Source of the DNA: Psilocybe cubensis
Taxonomy: Eukaryota
Length of the DNA stretch: 64,000 nucleotides
Direction: 5' to 3'
NCBI GenBank assembly: GCA_017499595.2
Contig: CM038999.1
Span: 310,001-374,000 of the forward strand
Part shown: in pieces, positions 27,429 to 39,995 of the stretch
Layout of the letters: each line of letters starts with the position of its first letter
Numbering within the stretch: the first letter of the stretch is position 1
The notes under the pieces: model-generated
What the model was told of the DNA's origin: nothing
The model's database searches: none
Seen by the model: the letters and a program-made list of their open reading frames with translations, nothing else
Translations under genes and position numbers: made by a program

Positions 27429-28006
27429 ATGTCGCCATCAGCCAACTCAACCCTGCTCGAATGGAGCGTCCGAGTTCGATGCGATGAACACGAAATTGGT
27501 GGAAGCCTCTCAGTTTTCATCTTCCTCTCCAACACCGTCCCCCCAAACCCCGATGAATGGCTATTTGAGCGGAGTTTCGCAGGGACATTTGACCTCTTCA
27601 CCTCTTCCTCCTATGGGCAAGCAAGAGGGCAGGCATCTGGCGAAGCATATGCAACGAACATCGCCAAGGGTTTCATTCACATAAATCGAAAGTACCTCGA
27701 GCTTACCCGACAGAGCTCGCTCGAACCCGAAATTGTAGTCCCGTATCTGAAGCAACACCTTAGTTGGGGTGTCAGAAAGGCAAGTCCATGACCAATCAGC
27801 CCCAGGTACTAACACTGACCTGCTTACTATTATGACAGGCGGACGGAAAGGTTGTGCAACTGGAACGTTTCACATCCCTTGAAGTGACCGTGCTATGTAC
27901 CCCGCTCGAGCTCCCTATCGGTGCAGACTACCCTATAGAAGGTGAACCAAAGGTCTATCCTGAAATCACGCGGGGCCGATTAGGTGGTGACAAAAGTGGT
28001 GCCTGA
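27429..28006 (+). CDS. Stand-alone tyrosinase C-terminal (shielding) domain protein, ~172 aa
   Basis: EWSVRVRCDEHEIGGSLSVFIFL..P.NP.EW..GFIHIN..SSLEPEIVVPYLKQHLSWGVRK|ADG..SLEVTVLCTPL..P.GA.YP..GEP..YPEITRGRLGG follows the C-terminal domain of agaric tyrosinases; GC-AG intron 27780-27838; no catalytic exons upstream. Confidence 0.8.
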
Positions 28007-29072
28007 AAGCCCACGGTTTGCGCACAGAGGCCATTGGAACTGTAATTGAAAAATGTAACTATAACAGACAGGTTGAGTCACTATGAACCTTACCTCAATT
28101 GGTCGATATGTGAGTATAGGAGCATTTATTGATTAAGTGGGTGTATTTGAATAGGAGATAGACTCAGGGGATCTATTAAGAAACGCATAAATGGCTCGAT
28201 TCCAATATCAAAATGCAATAAAATAGTAGACGCACCAGATTGACATTCCGAACACGGCCTGGAGCTTCGCATCCCTCCCAAGAAAGTTTGTTGTCTTTTT
28301 TCCAAAGGCAAATGTAACATTAAGAACCTAAGATGATGGAGCTAGAGGTACATAAATTTACGCTTTAAAAGACAAAAAATGCATACTCACTCCTGAAAAA
28401 ACCCCTGACGCCTAATGCTTGGATTCAGGCCTATGGACTTGACATTCCAAACGTGTAGCGCCTTCTGAAAGATAGCCAGGTAGTGTTGCCAATGAGGCTG
28501 AGATTTAAATGTCTCTTCGTCGATTCTTGTCGTATTTGGTTTTTATGTAGAATCACTGTTGGGGTCAAGGCCAACAAAAATCGTGCAACGTACTTTCGGA
28601 TACTGCCGCAGACATGCTTAGTCATGAGACACACCAGTGACCATGGCACACCAACACGCTTTCGGCATGTTCGGCATCCTATTTGTGGCAAGAATCCCCT
28701 TTTTTCTCCTCCCAGAATGTGGATAAACATTTTCTGGAGGATTCTTTTGGCGACGGTAAGTTCGGTGTTATGGCTGACTTCTGACGGGTACAGCTTGACA
28801 AAGTTTGCCCGTCCTATCCAGGGTAGTATGCTTTGCGCTGTAGGGTTACTCGGGTGGTGGTCAATGAAATTATATTTAGTAGCAATCAAGGGCAAACCCT
28901 GCATTCCTGTCGTAAAACGTGTATCTATATATAATGTTTTCAATGAACAGAGATTTCATTTCCATCATATATCAATTTTGAAAGGTGTCATTCCTTATCA
29001 AAACGACGGGATTTGTCTCTGCTGAATTTCTTTATCAACGACCTTTACCATAACGCGTACTAAATCGGTCCT

Positions 29073-30072
29073 ATGGTCTCAACACTTTTCAAGTCATCTA
29101 AAATGCCTCAAGAGCACTTTAGAGTTCCGTTATTGTCATCTGTAGAGGACCCGCAAATGGCAGCGTCGCCCGAGCAGCACATTTGTGTCTGTGATGCATG
29201 CGGCCAAACTATCCAAAAGGCTGAATTTCAAAGAGGCAACAATATGTGGCTCCAGTGGACTATCATCGTGTGCCTCTTGTGCACGATATTTAACTGTCTA
29301 GTCTCCATCGACATTTCACCTCCAAAGTTTAATCGTTTTATCCCTGCAATCCACAAAGGGCAATACAATAGCCTCAAACGACCTTCACCATTCATCGGTC
29401 TCGAGAAAATTCAGACGTCAACATCACCAAGAACTCTCATTAACTATCCGCAAGTTATCGCACAGATTGACGCGAGCAATCCTCGTAGGATATTTGATGA
29501 CGACCCCAAGCGGTATATGTCCTTTACTGGTTATGTGTCCCCTGAAGATCGAAGAGTAATGGTGTCTCCTTCGGTAAGCAATTTAAAAATCATATTTGCT
29601 TTTTCTGACCAACAGGCGATTTAGATATCTACAATTGTGCAATTTCGGGCAATCGACTTTGGGATGGAAAAGTGCGAACTAAAATTGCTGATTCCTGCTA
29701 ACAGGAACTCTTCATCTGGTCTCCCATTCCTTCTGTCAATACATCGCCTAGAAACAACTCAGCCGATAAATACGAAAGAGCTATCCTTCCACAATTCCCC
29801 ACGTCGACTTACAGCGGTCGCCAACCTGGAATTTTTCCCCAATACCGGTGTAGCATGGCAAAGAACTTTCCACTGTGCCTGGGATGACATCTTAACCTTT
29901 GACATTGGCTGTTCGGATGAGGTTGGGTTTCAGTCAGATGCTTGCTCGCTGGAATGGTGGCAAAACAAAGAGGAAGACAAACCTACCCAAGGTAACGTTG
30001 GATTTGACAACTTTCTGTGGCCTGACTCACACAATTTCAGGGATCTTTATGGTGCAGCATTCTACTGTGTAG
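29073..30072 (+). CDS. But2 C-terminal-like domain protein with single N-terminal TM anchor
   Basis: LKRPSPFIGLEKI, NYPQVIAQID, |ISTIVQFRAIDFGMEKCEL, LEWWQ, IFMVQHSTV*; introns ~29574-29624 and 29992-30040. Confidence 0.75.
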
Positions 30073-30529
30073 CTGGTTCTCGAGTTAGCATCTCCCTATT
30101 ATTCTTTATATTCCTTTGTCGTCTTTATCCATTGTAATAGTACGCTCCATAGTGTGGTACGAAAACATACAGAAGGGCCATTAAATTAGATGTTAATCAT
30201 GAAGTTATAATACCAGTATCTAGCTAAAGTTGTATCGAGAAGGACAATGCTAATGTGAAGCTACATGTGTGACCAGGTCATTGGAAGAAATTGATGTAGA
30301 TAGCCAAGAACAGAACCAACTGTCACTGGTTCCGACCCCGACTCGGGGAAATAGCAGCACCTTCCTTTAAGTCGCGGATCATAACAGCGCAGCAATTTCT
30401 GTCGTCGTCGTCAGGTCGGACTTGACTCACAGCGTATCTTGAGCGAAAGCCGGGGATATGTTTATCAATCAATTGCATGCCAGTAAATTGACCCCTGTCA
30501 GTAATCAGTATAAAATCTATTAATAGCGT

Positions 30530-31177
30530 TCAATTCCATAATTCCAACCACTGCCTGGAGTCATCCCAGCGCTGATCGATGTCACCAAACACTATCTCCC
30601 AGTTGATACACACTGATTCGGGTCCAATTGGATCCGTATCAAAGTTTCGCTTCATGAAATCGCCCATCTCCAAAGTATCTGAAGCCGAACAGAGCAACGT
30701 TTGACGCAAATATTGGAAGCAATGATTAACGTGTTCCAGCGTTGCGATCGCGTCAGTCCTGTCTTGAAGAGCGCGCTGGAGTTGAAAGATGCAGTGAAAC
30801 TGATGGTAGAATGTAAACAGGAGAGCCCGTTTATGCTCTCCTAGGTGTATCCTCCCCATTCCCTTTGGCTGGTCGGTCAGAGTACGCCAGAACGCTGCTT
30901 CATTTTTGTCCGTGGAGTTGAACCTTGGCCAAATGCTCTCCTGGTACGTCAAGGAAGCATAGGATATAGGAAGCGATGGGTGAACAAATGGAAAATCGGC
31001 TCCGATGTATGAATAAGGTTCTGGGTCATGGTTAATTCAAGAACTCGAGTAAAAGAGCACAGTATGCGTACCTTTTTTGTCTCGGGATACCAACGTCTTT
31101 GCGCCATTCCAAAATGCTAAGGACACATTAAACAGTGCTATTGCAGCGAGGAGTGATTTTGCTCGTGTGGAAATCAT
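30530..31177 (-). CDS. DUF3328 / UstYa-like oxidase (canonical double HxxHC)
   Basis: N-terminal TM exon, YSYIGADFP, FYHQFHC and HVNHCFQYLRQTLLCSASDTLE, CINW. Confidence 0.92.
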
Positions 31178-31277
31178 AGTGGAATGAGAAGAAATGAAAG
31201 GCTGTGTGACCTTTATGGTTAGAGGCGTTATATATATTAGTTGCCCGTCATCTTCTCGTAGAGTCTCATCTTTTCTG

Positions 31278-31903
31278 ATGTCATCCTTCCGCCTCAAGCT
31301 GTCCTTTCGTTCTCTCCTCCTAGCTATTCTCATACCGATCTCCATAATTCTGGTCTGTATGCGTAGTTTAGCTACGCAACATTTTGACCTTCCGGATTCT
31401 GTCACTAGTGCTTCAACTTCTGCCTGTGCGATATTTCAACACTGATAAAATCCGTCTTAGATAACTTCCTACTCAAAGATCGAGGGACGCCTGTAGCAAT
31501 GCTCCTTCAAGGACGAACTTCCCACTACCGTATAGACGAACCTGACGCCAATGAAGAATACAGTCGTCTTCTACCTTCCGGGGGTCATCTGGTCCACTAC
31601 CCAGACAGCGACGGCAACATGAAGGAGTATACGGTCACAATATTTCATCAATTGAAATGTTTGAACATCGTTCGGGAAGCATATCTTAACGATGCGTCGC
31701 AGCCTATTTCAAGATTCACGAGACACTGTATGACGTACCTTCGGCAAAGCCTTCTATGCAACTTGAATATCGGTTTAGAAAATACGGTAAATGCGGCAGC
31801 CAGTGTGTCTCGGACCTACAATGCTCTATGCTTTGATTGGACCAAAGTCTACGCCGAAGCTGAGAAGAACTATCAGAACACACGTGGTCAATCCACTCAA
31901 TAG
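31278..31903 (+). CDS. DUF3328 / UstYa-like protein (variant motifs HQLKC / TRHC)
   Basis: TM exon from ATG 31278, intron ~31408-31460, LLPSGGHLVH, TIFHQLKCL, FTRHCMTYLRQSLLC, CFDWTKVY. Confidence 0.88.
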
Positions 31904-32703
31904 AAGGTAGGTGTTGATTGACTTAATCATGAAAGTTTATTGAATTTGTTGTTCAAGGCCAAAGGTGGCATTTCATCACCACCGAAGATATTTTTGCAAG
32001 AATATTTTGACATAAATATGATCCCCAATACAACCTTGATTAAAATCATGTAATAACGGAACAGAGTCAGATACACGCTGGAAAGGTGTCTCTTTTGACA
32101 TTGAAATATCGGCCGAATATCTCACATGCATTAAGTTCTATTGAATCGTAAAGGGTTTAACCCAAATGGGTGGCACAAATTTATGTTCATGTGTTAACTC
32201 CATCACGCTCCCGCCATCGATAGGTGTCCGTGTTGTCAATGGATATCCGCTAAAACGAAAGTGAATAACGAATTCTCGATCCTTACCTTTCTAACCACAA
32301 CCACAAGCTTCGTATCCATCTGAATTGCCTTCCAAATGTCTTTGGATCCCAGTTGGCGGCCGCAGGAGGATGCGGGTACAATACTGAGCGAACGAGCGTG
32401 GCTTGCAGGGATCATCCTATCTGCTGTTGCCTATGGAATCGTCTTCACACTGTTCATTATGTCCTTTCTCCAGTTGATACGTACCATCAACCGCCGGAAT
32501 TTTGCTTCCAGAGTTGCATTGCTGGTGTATATCTTCTTGATATTCCTCCTGGGCACGTTAATTATTGGATCTGGAGCAAAAATGACTCAAATGAGCTTCA
32601 TCGACTATCGAATGATTCCAGGCGGTCCAGGTATGAATTAAGTCTCTCAGAGAACCATATATTTACGAGCTTACCTATTGTATCCAAATCAGCCGCATTC
32701 GAA

Positions 32704-32717
32704 GAGGTGGAATTCTC
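32704..32717 (+). repeat. Target-site duplication, left copy (GAGGTGGAATTCTC); right copy at 49321-49334
   Basis: Exact 14-bp direct repeat (15 bp with the preceding A) inside the host exon on both sides of the element. Confidence 0.85.
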
Positions 32718-32887
32718 AGCCTTACCTGCTACCTGAACCCATCACATACTGGAAACTGCCAGGTGGGCAGTATATATCTAGCCTGGCAGTTTCCAGTTGC
32801 CACATTTGATGCATTCGCCGCGTCTGAGCACGTGCTGGGCAGCTGCACCAAACAATGCGTCAATACGCATGCCGGCCGTTCGGAATA

Positions 32888-35800
32888 CTGTACCCGACCC
32901 TGAATATGGCCATTTCGGAATGTTCTTCAAATTGCGAGCGCCTTGCCAAACCGTTTGCTACAACTTTTTTTGAAAAACGTCGGCGTACATCTTAACTTTA
33001 ACATATAAAATTTTCAGATTTTTTGAGTGTTTTGAGGAAGGGCAATGAATATTTTCCTACCGAAACCCCAAAATGTGGCTTTACACGGCAACCAGCCAGG
33101 CGTGGGAATCTTGGCATTATTGACCGCAGTCGATGCTCGCGATAAGGATTCTCACCTTTTCTACGCAGTCATCATCAACGTTCTTGCTCCCTCGTCCATT
33201 TAACACCAATCGGCTAAAGGTAACACTTTGTTTGTACATTTTTCATATGAAATAGCCACTATTTACGAGTTTTACGTCTAGGATACCGTCTTGCACCAAC
33301 ATCTTCAAGGTTGATAAGTGGTGGGTCAGCTGCCTCAACCGTTGGGGGCTCAGCTTGAGCATCGTTGTTGTTGCGAAGAGATGTTGGATTTGGTTGATGA
33401 TGGGCTGGTGGAGGCTGAGGTTCTTCAGGTGCGATGTATACAATCATCCTTATCCTTTTCCACTCTTCATCAAAAGCCACTGTTGCCAGTCCCTGATCCG
33501 AATCAGCATCATCATCAATGTGAGTCTCAGTAACAGCTCGTCTGGTCACCCTTTTCCTGCCCCCTCCCCTTCCACGTATATGAACTTGTGCTCGGACTTT
33601 TGCTGCAGCTATTTCTTCAGCCCGCTTTACCTTTTCTGCAGCCTTTTCTGCAGCCTTTGCCTCTCGCTCCTTTTTCTTTTTCTCTTTCTCTACTTCCTTT
33701 TCAGTATCTCGCCTCTGCTTCTCTGCCTCTCGCTCTGCTCGCTTTGAAGCCTGTTCTGCCATTCTAACCTCTAGTGCAGCCTCCTTCTCCGCATCATCAA
33801 TTGCCTTCCGCCTTGCCTTTAGTATTTTATTTGCTTCTTTTAACATTGCTTTCCAGCCCTGTCGCCACTCAGCCTCTGCAAGTTCATCGAGGTTCTCGGT
33901 ACTAGTCATATGGCGGGGATTTGATGATGAGTAAGTCTTCTTTCTAGTAGTATCCCGGTGATATAAGAGTTGTCGGAGGCGCTCATTCTCCTTTACCATA
34001 ATTGTTTTTGTTGCATGGTCCCGTTCGATTTGGATTTGCATATCATCGAGTAGTTTTCGCAGTTGTGATATTTGTAATCGTAGTTCAGGGCGTCCGGCCG
34101 TATGAGAGAGTGAAGGAGGTAATCCAATTAAGCGATATCGACTCGAAACAGATGATGCTGAAGACATAGTTGAGAGTATAGTAGGTGCCGCCTCAGACTG
34201 TGTGCCTATACTGTGCTCACTTGGTGTAGACTGTGTTGCATCTGATGTAGTGTCTGATTAATTGTATGTAAAAAAATGATACATTGACTTACCTGGCACA
34301 ATCTCGAGAAGTGGAGTAAGATCAGATGTAATGGGTAGAGCAGCCTGAGTTGTTGTGTTTTTGGATGGCTCGTATGCTTCTAATGGAATAATTCCCGGAT
34401 TGATAGGCCAGATGCCGGTTTTTGCAAATGCAGAAATAATTGTAGACCGTTTGAATGCCTTTTCTCGTGCAGTGTGGTAATGTCGGAGAAAGTTAAACTT
34501 GGTAACAGGAATGCCGTCGCGTGTTAACCGGTTTACCAGTGATTTCCAGCTATTGGATAACGGGCTGAAAGCACCAACATCACAAGGCTGCAACACATGG
34601 GTAGTATGGGAAGGGAGGCAAACAATGACAATCTTGTTCCGTTCTGCAAAGCGGCAAAGCTTGAAAGTGCAGTGTGAGTTGTGACCATCAAGTATAAGCA
34701 ACCGGTACCCTCCAGATGTGTTGCGCTCTTCTGATTTTGGATGAAAATCCCGCTCTAGCCACATGCTTCCAAGCTCTTTATCAGTCCACCCATTTTCTGA
34801 AATAGATAAACTGTATTAAATGTATAAAATATCTGAGTTTGCATTATATACAATATAACAGAAAGTCTACCTAGCGTTAGATGGATTATCCTTTCCCCAT
34901 TCCAATATACGCCGCTTTGCTTGATAGATAACTGATGGCGAAAGTGATGTGCCATCAGCACAAATGGTTTCAATAATAGTCACCATTTCACGGTTCCCAT
35001 TTTCAACTTGTTGTATATTTTTCTGTGTTTTGTCAACAATTGCAGAAACAGCTTTTCCAACGCCAAGTTGTATTCCTTTTTCATCTGAGTTATAGATGTT
35101 GCTTGGTATGATATCATATTCCTAAATCAAGGAGATCTTTGAATTATGTCATATCTAGGGATGATATTTTTACATGCCTCGATTAGATCTTTGATCATCA
35201 CAAAAAACTCTCCAACAACTGTCGGATTCAAAGAGCGGGCCCGACATTCCTCAAGTGCAGAGGTTTTTTTGATTTTAAGATCAGTATGTCGTTCCAAAAA
35301 CTTCCGGGGCCAGTTGATACCAATTTTCTGTTGTGATATTTCCTGAAAAATAGTACAGTATAAGTAACAGATTACCAATCACAGCACATACAATATAACA
35401 AAATAGCACTTACTGAAGCATATTCCCGAAGCATGTCCTGAGTTACAGGAAACCCCCGTCGTCCTAATGTCTTTGCCCAATCAACTAGAATACTTTCTTC
35501 GGCATCTGAAAGTGCACGTTCGCCTGCATGTGCATCACGTTTGGTTTTGACTCCATTTAGCCGATTAGTCAACATTCCACGCTTGACACTGTAAATGCGA
35601 CACGCCTCCCGGATTGACAGTGTATGCTGACCATTAGACTTTAAAGGTGAGGACATAATGGCTTGAATAGCTTCTTGAATCCGATTTTCCACAGTATTAT
35701 TGATAAGATCTGGGATGTCATCATTGGTAGAATCATGTGGAAAAACAGGAGAGGTTGTAGACATTCTGTGAGTAGTTGAGGAAGAAAAGCGAGTACAGCT

Positions 35801-36633
35801 GATTTCTAGTAGCTACTGACAGTGTATCCTACTTAGTTATTATATACTAGGGGTGGAATTAAAGGAGGACATACTTCGGACTTTTTATGGCATTTTGCAT
35901 GATTCTTCCACTTTTCCGAGTGCTATAACTTGGTGAGATGGTGGTTCTATCATTCAAAAATTGGTATTCAATGTCATAGGACATTGCAAAACACAAACGC
36001 GCCTTCAGTTTCTGCCGATCTTTAGCCGTTCTGAAGAACTTCTTTCAATGTTGAAGGTGTTCAAAATTAGCTACTTTTTACTGATTGTCATATTTCAAGC
36101 CTAAAAAAATCGCAAAAAATAAGAGAAGCGAGATTGTGGTACCTTGAAGTGTTATCACTGTAGATCAAGTCATTGTTTGCCGCAATTTTTCCTCATCTTC
36201 TCCGAATACTGCATACAATATGCATATGTTTAAATAGGCAAATCAGTCAAGTCATGCACTTAATTTCCAATTCTCGGAATATTCTCTGGAGATATCTACT
36301 TGGAATCGAATGTATATTATAGCCAGGGTTATATATGACCGACGTATACTGTTTTTGTGTCTGCTCAGCGCAGTTGTTGTGTTTGACCAAGTCGATAATT
36401 ATGGATCAGACATGAGAATGATTAGCAAATCAATGGTGATGGTGAAATCTCACGGTGTATTGGCAAGATTGTGGCAGCAATAATTACTGCCTTGCTCTAA
36501 AAGTTTCTTACGTGGTGTAGAAGTACCACAAGAGCAGTAATACACAAAAAGATTGAAAGAAATTGCTATACAACTCGTCAAAATTGCTCAGTGGCCATTT
36601 TCCGGGGTTGGCCGGTTTCAGGGTCGGGTACAG
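32888..36633 (-). mobile_element. pogo/Fot1-like Tc1-mariner element nested in the left KDZ TIR
   Basis: 17-bp perfect TIR CTGTACCCGACCCTGAA (32888-32904 / 36617-36633); TA duplication at 32886-32887 and 36634-36635; empty site GGAATAGCGTT retained in the right KDZ TIR. Confidence 0.95.
33259..35764 (-). CDS. pogo/Fot1 DDE transposase (HTH + CENP-B-like HTH + DDE_1), apparently intact
   Basis: LSIREACRIYSV; LSDAEESILVDW; YNSDEKG; SENGWTD; LILDGHNSH; LPSHTTHVLQPCDVGAFSPL; SAFAKTGIWP; Lys/Glu-rich coiled-coil tail; frame recoverable across introns. Confidence 0.93.
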
Positions 36634-37433
36634 TAGCGTTGCTCGTCGTTGGGGCCGCCGTTCGGGCTGAAAAAAATACGGGTCGGTAGCCAGCAGCGCC
36701 TAGAATGCGGCGGCGTTGTTTGCGCAGGGTTTGGGGGTGGTGGCGGGATGGATTGGTCGGGGTGGGTTTGGATGACGCGGGGGAATTAAATGCGCGCCTT
36801 CCCGATTGGGATGTTCGCGGGTGCAGTAGCCGTGTGCCCACCGCCCTTGCTGGTCTGGACCGCACACAGCCTCCTGATGATCACTCATCAGTGATGCAAG
36901 TATATTTTTAGACGCAATCTCGGCCCACCCCTGCCCACCCTGGTCTGGGCCTGGCACTGCCTCTGTGCCCACCCTGGTCTGGGCCTGGCACTGCCTCTGA
37001 TGATCATTCATCAGTGATGCAGGCGTATTTTTAGACGCGATGGATGGTTCCTGTCTATCCCAGCTTGGCAGCATCATCCGCCCCCCACTGGATCCATTTG
37101 GCTTGCGGCTCTCGCCTATCACACCACATGCCCAGGCTCCTCCAGGCTCTCGGTATCCGGCCTCAGAAAACCGGGTATGCATTTCAACTTTGCAGTGCAA
37201 CACAGTAGGTTGGTTACAATGTTCTTCAGTAGTTGTCGTAGCTGTAATGTACACAGATACGTGGATATGTTTAGTAGAGATTTTTTAAAACAAGACATTA
37301 ATTATTGTGTTGCTTTAAGTCATTAATTCTATCTCTTATTGTAACAGAATGGTGCACTCCAGACTATGAAGATAAATGCATTTTAGGCATGGCAATACAA
37401 AAAAACCTACAAGCAAGCCTAATGTCCATCGTA

Positions 37434-39566
37434 CTAAGTACTACTTGCGCTTGCCACACCCGCCGTCTCATTTCCTAAACTCGCCGCAGAATCAGTCACG
37501 TCTGGAATCACGTTGCCCTGGGCGTCAATACGACGTCCATATTTATCAATAGGGTTTCCTTGCTCATCTTCGTAGTGCCACCTAATTACATTGTGAGTAA
37601 CATCCCAGCAGTGGACATGAAGTATGACTTACGATGGTTTAACTCGCTTTTTTGGAGGCGCTGGTGTTGTTGACGGTTGGGGTTGAGCCTTGCGCTTCGG
37701 CCGTTCCACAGGTGGAGCAGACGTCGTTGACTTCTTGGCACCCTTGGCCTTCTTCTTCCCAGATTTCTTGGCCACTGGTGGATTGTTAGGTGACGCGGTC
37801 GAGGGCTCAGACGTATCAATAGAATTTTCTGCAGGCGCTACCTGCAAAGGGGCACCGCTTTGCAAGGAAGTCGGGGCAACTGAGGGAGAGGGAGATTGTG
37901 CACGAGGTATGGTGGCAGGCGGCGCAGCAGCGGAGGTAGCAACAGGCACCGTCTGCACTATTGGTCCCGCTTGATTCGACGGTTGCTCGGCATTGCGAAT
38001 AACATCCGGAACATCCGGCACTGATACGGAGCTTGATGCAGTGGGAATGCGAGCCGGAGACCTGGTGAAAACGGGAGAGACGGCGCGCGACACGCACGGA
38101 GACGCCTGAGGAGATTCTGGCAGAGGATCGAAAGGAAATGGATTTTCGGCATCACCTTGACGTGTGTTGTCATTGACTCTTGCGCTTGTGCTTGCAGACT
38201 CATGTTCTGGAAGAACCTCCGGCGCCATTAGATTTTCTGTTTCTGCCGAGACTCCGGTTGGCGGTACTCTGAAAGCTATACCGTGTACTGACGTGCTTTC
38301 ATTTTCATTCTGAAGCAAAGCGGCGGCAGGTACCAACCCGTCCATATCATCCTTTGGGAGCGCGCGAGACCTGCATTCTTCCGGAGCTGATCCAGTATCA
38401 ATAAAACATAATAAAAAGAGGAACAATAGACACGTACTGTAACACTTGTGTAAAAAGGTACCAAACAACGGAATCATATAGTTTTTAAACTTATGACGTT
38501 CGGTCTGACCGAGATTCATTTTTATGTCACCGGGGGTCTCGCCGGAATGCATCCTGATTCCTATGTCAATGTTTACAGTCTACAAAAAAAAACAAGCTGC
38601 CAACTCACGTTATCACACTTAAATCGCCACCTTTTGCAGGCTCTGGACCTCCTGCAACTAGCATTAACTTCCAGCCAGTTGTCTCGCTTGCAATGTCCAA
38701 AATCGGTTCCATGACTTTAACCAGACTGTTGATTGCTCTAAAGCCGTAATGTACGTCATTAGTAAAATAAGCGCCGGCAATGAAATTAAAGCACGCACCG
38801 TTGTCTATCTGCAGGGCTCTTTGACGGCGACCACGAAGCTTTATATGCCGCTATTGCTTCAGCATGGTCTTCTTCACTTTTCCTGTGCCACGCTTCTTGC
38901 TCAGTTTTTGACAGTTCCGCAAACATTTCCCTCGCAATCCTATCACGATCTGCGGCCTTGTTGGATTTTTTCATTGGTTCTCCTCTGGCAAGCGCGCGCG
39001 CAACCTCAGCCTCGTATCGATCATCGATGGCATTACGCTGGGACTTGCGCCATGTGTTGACGTCTGACTTCATGCGTGGGCGTGATGTGTCTTTCCCAGC
39101 AAGCTTCTGCAGTAAGCTCAATAGTGTGCTCTCGCTGAGCTTCTTGGGATGGTGCTCTTTATTATATTGATAGACAAACCATCGCTTTATTTGCTAAAGA
39201 AAATTAGGCGGTAAGTAGGGTACAAATCAGTGTTCAGATAAGCTCACGTACTCCAGAGATTGCTTCTCGCCGAGAGTTTCTGGCTTTGACCTCTGCCACA
39301 ACCTTGGAGAACTCCTCTTCCGACATCGTTTCGCGGTTTGGCTCTGGCACATCAGGTTCCGGGGCGTCATCATCCACTGCGCGCAGAGATTCCTCCGTCG
39401 GCTCATAGTCCGCAGGCATTGTCAACGGAAATCGTTTGAAGAAACGCCGGTTGATGTTCATTAGCGTCTCTCCGACATGGTTGGCCTCGACAGCTTTCGC
39501 ATACTCTTCTTTCTGAGTCATCAAAAAGTCTTTGCGAGCGCCTTTAAAAGCTCCAGGGTTAGGCAT
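37434..39566 (-). CDS. KDZ-associated protein with divergent HMG-box-like helical region and Pro/Ser-rich tail
   Basis: MPNPGAFKGARKDFL, IKRWFVY, AREMFAELSKTEQEAW, TGWKLMLVAGGPEP, MHSGET, PEECRSRALP; multi-exon, TAG at 37434-37436; HMG assignment by resemblance only. Confidence 0.75.
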
Positions 39567-39995
39567 CTAAGTTCTTAGTGAGTACATATACAAATATTTA
39601 AATCATGTTATGTTTGTTTGAGAACATACAGTTTGTAGAATGAGGGAGACTTGGACGTCAAAATTTATGCTTCTAGGCAGGAAGTTTTGGTTGAAAACAC
39701 AGCCTACTAACACGGTCATTTCGTTAGCGCAATTCGCAATGCCTTTGAATCAAACCAAACCACTGGAGTTGTGAGTCGGAAATCATATTAGGCATGAATG
39801 CCAAGTTTACATTTACAATTTGAATGATACCCTAGAGCGCTAGTGTTCACTAGGTTATGTACAGTCAAACCAAGTCAGCACGTCGACAAACCAGCTTGGA
39901 GTTCGGATGTTTTTATATATTTTATCTTTCTAATTTTTGATCACTAACAGAAACTTTAAAAGCAGATTTTCGTGAAGCATTCCGACCGACAAAAA

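Noticed and set aside
28126-29025. ORFs and an intron-like signal (~28343-28390, minus strand) between the tyrosinase C-domain and But2 genes, examined as a possible RiPP precursor
   Set aside because: Only a 4-codon ORF precedes the intron-like signal; overlapping ORFs lack a signal peptide, repeats or recognisable motifs
36578-37288. ORFs within the KDZ TIR, mirrored at 48833-49416
   Set aside because: GC-rich repeat sequence; the two TIR copies differ by indels and the ORFs have no coding features
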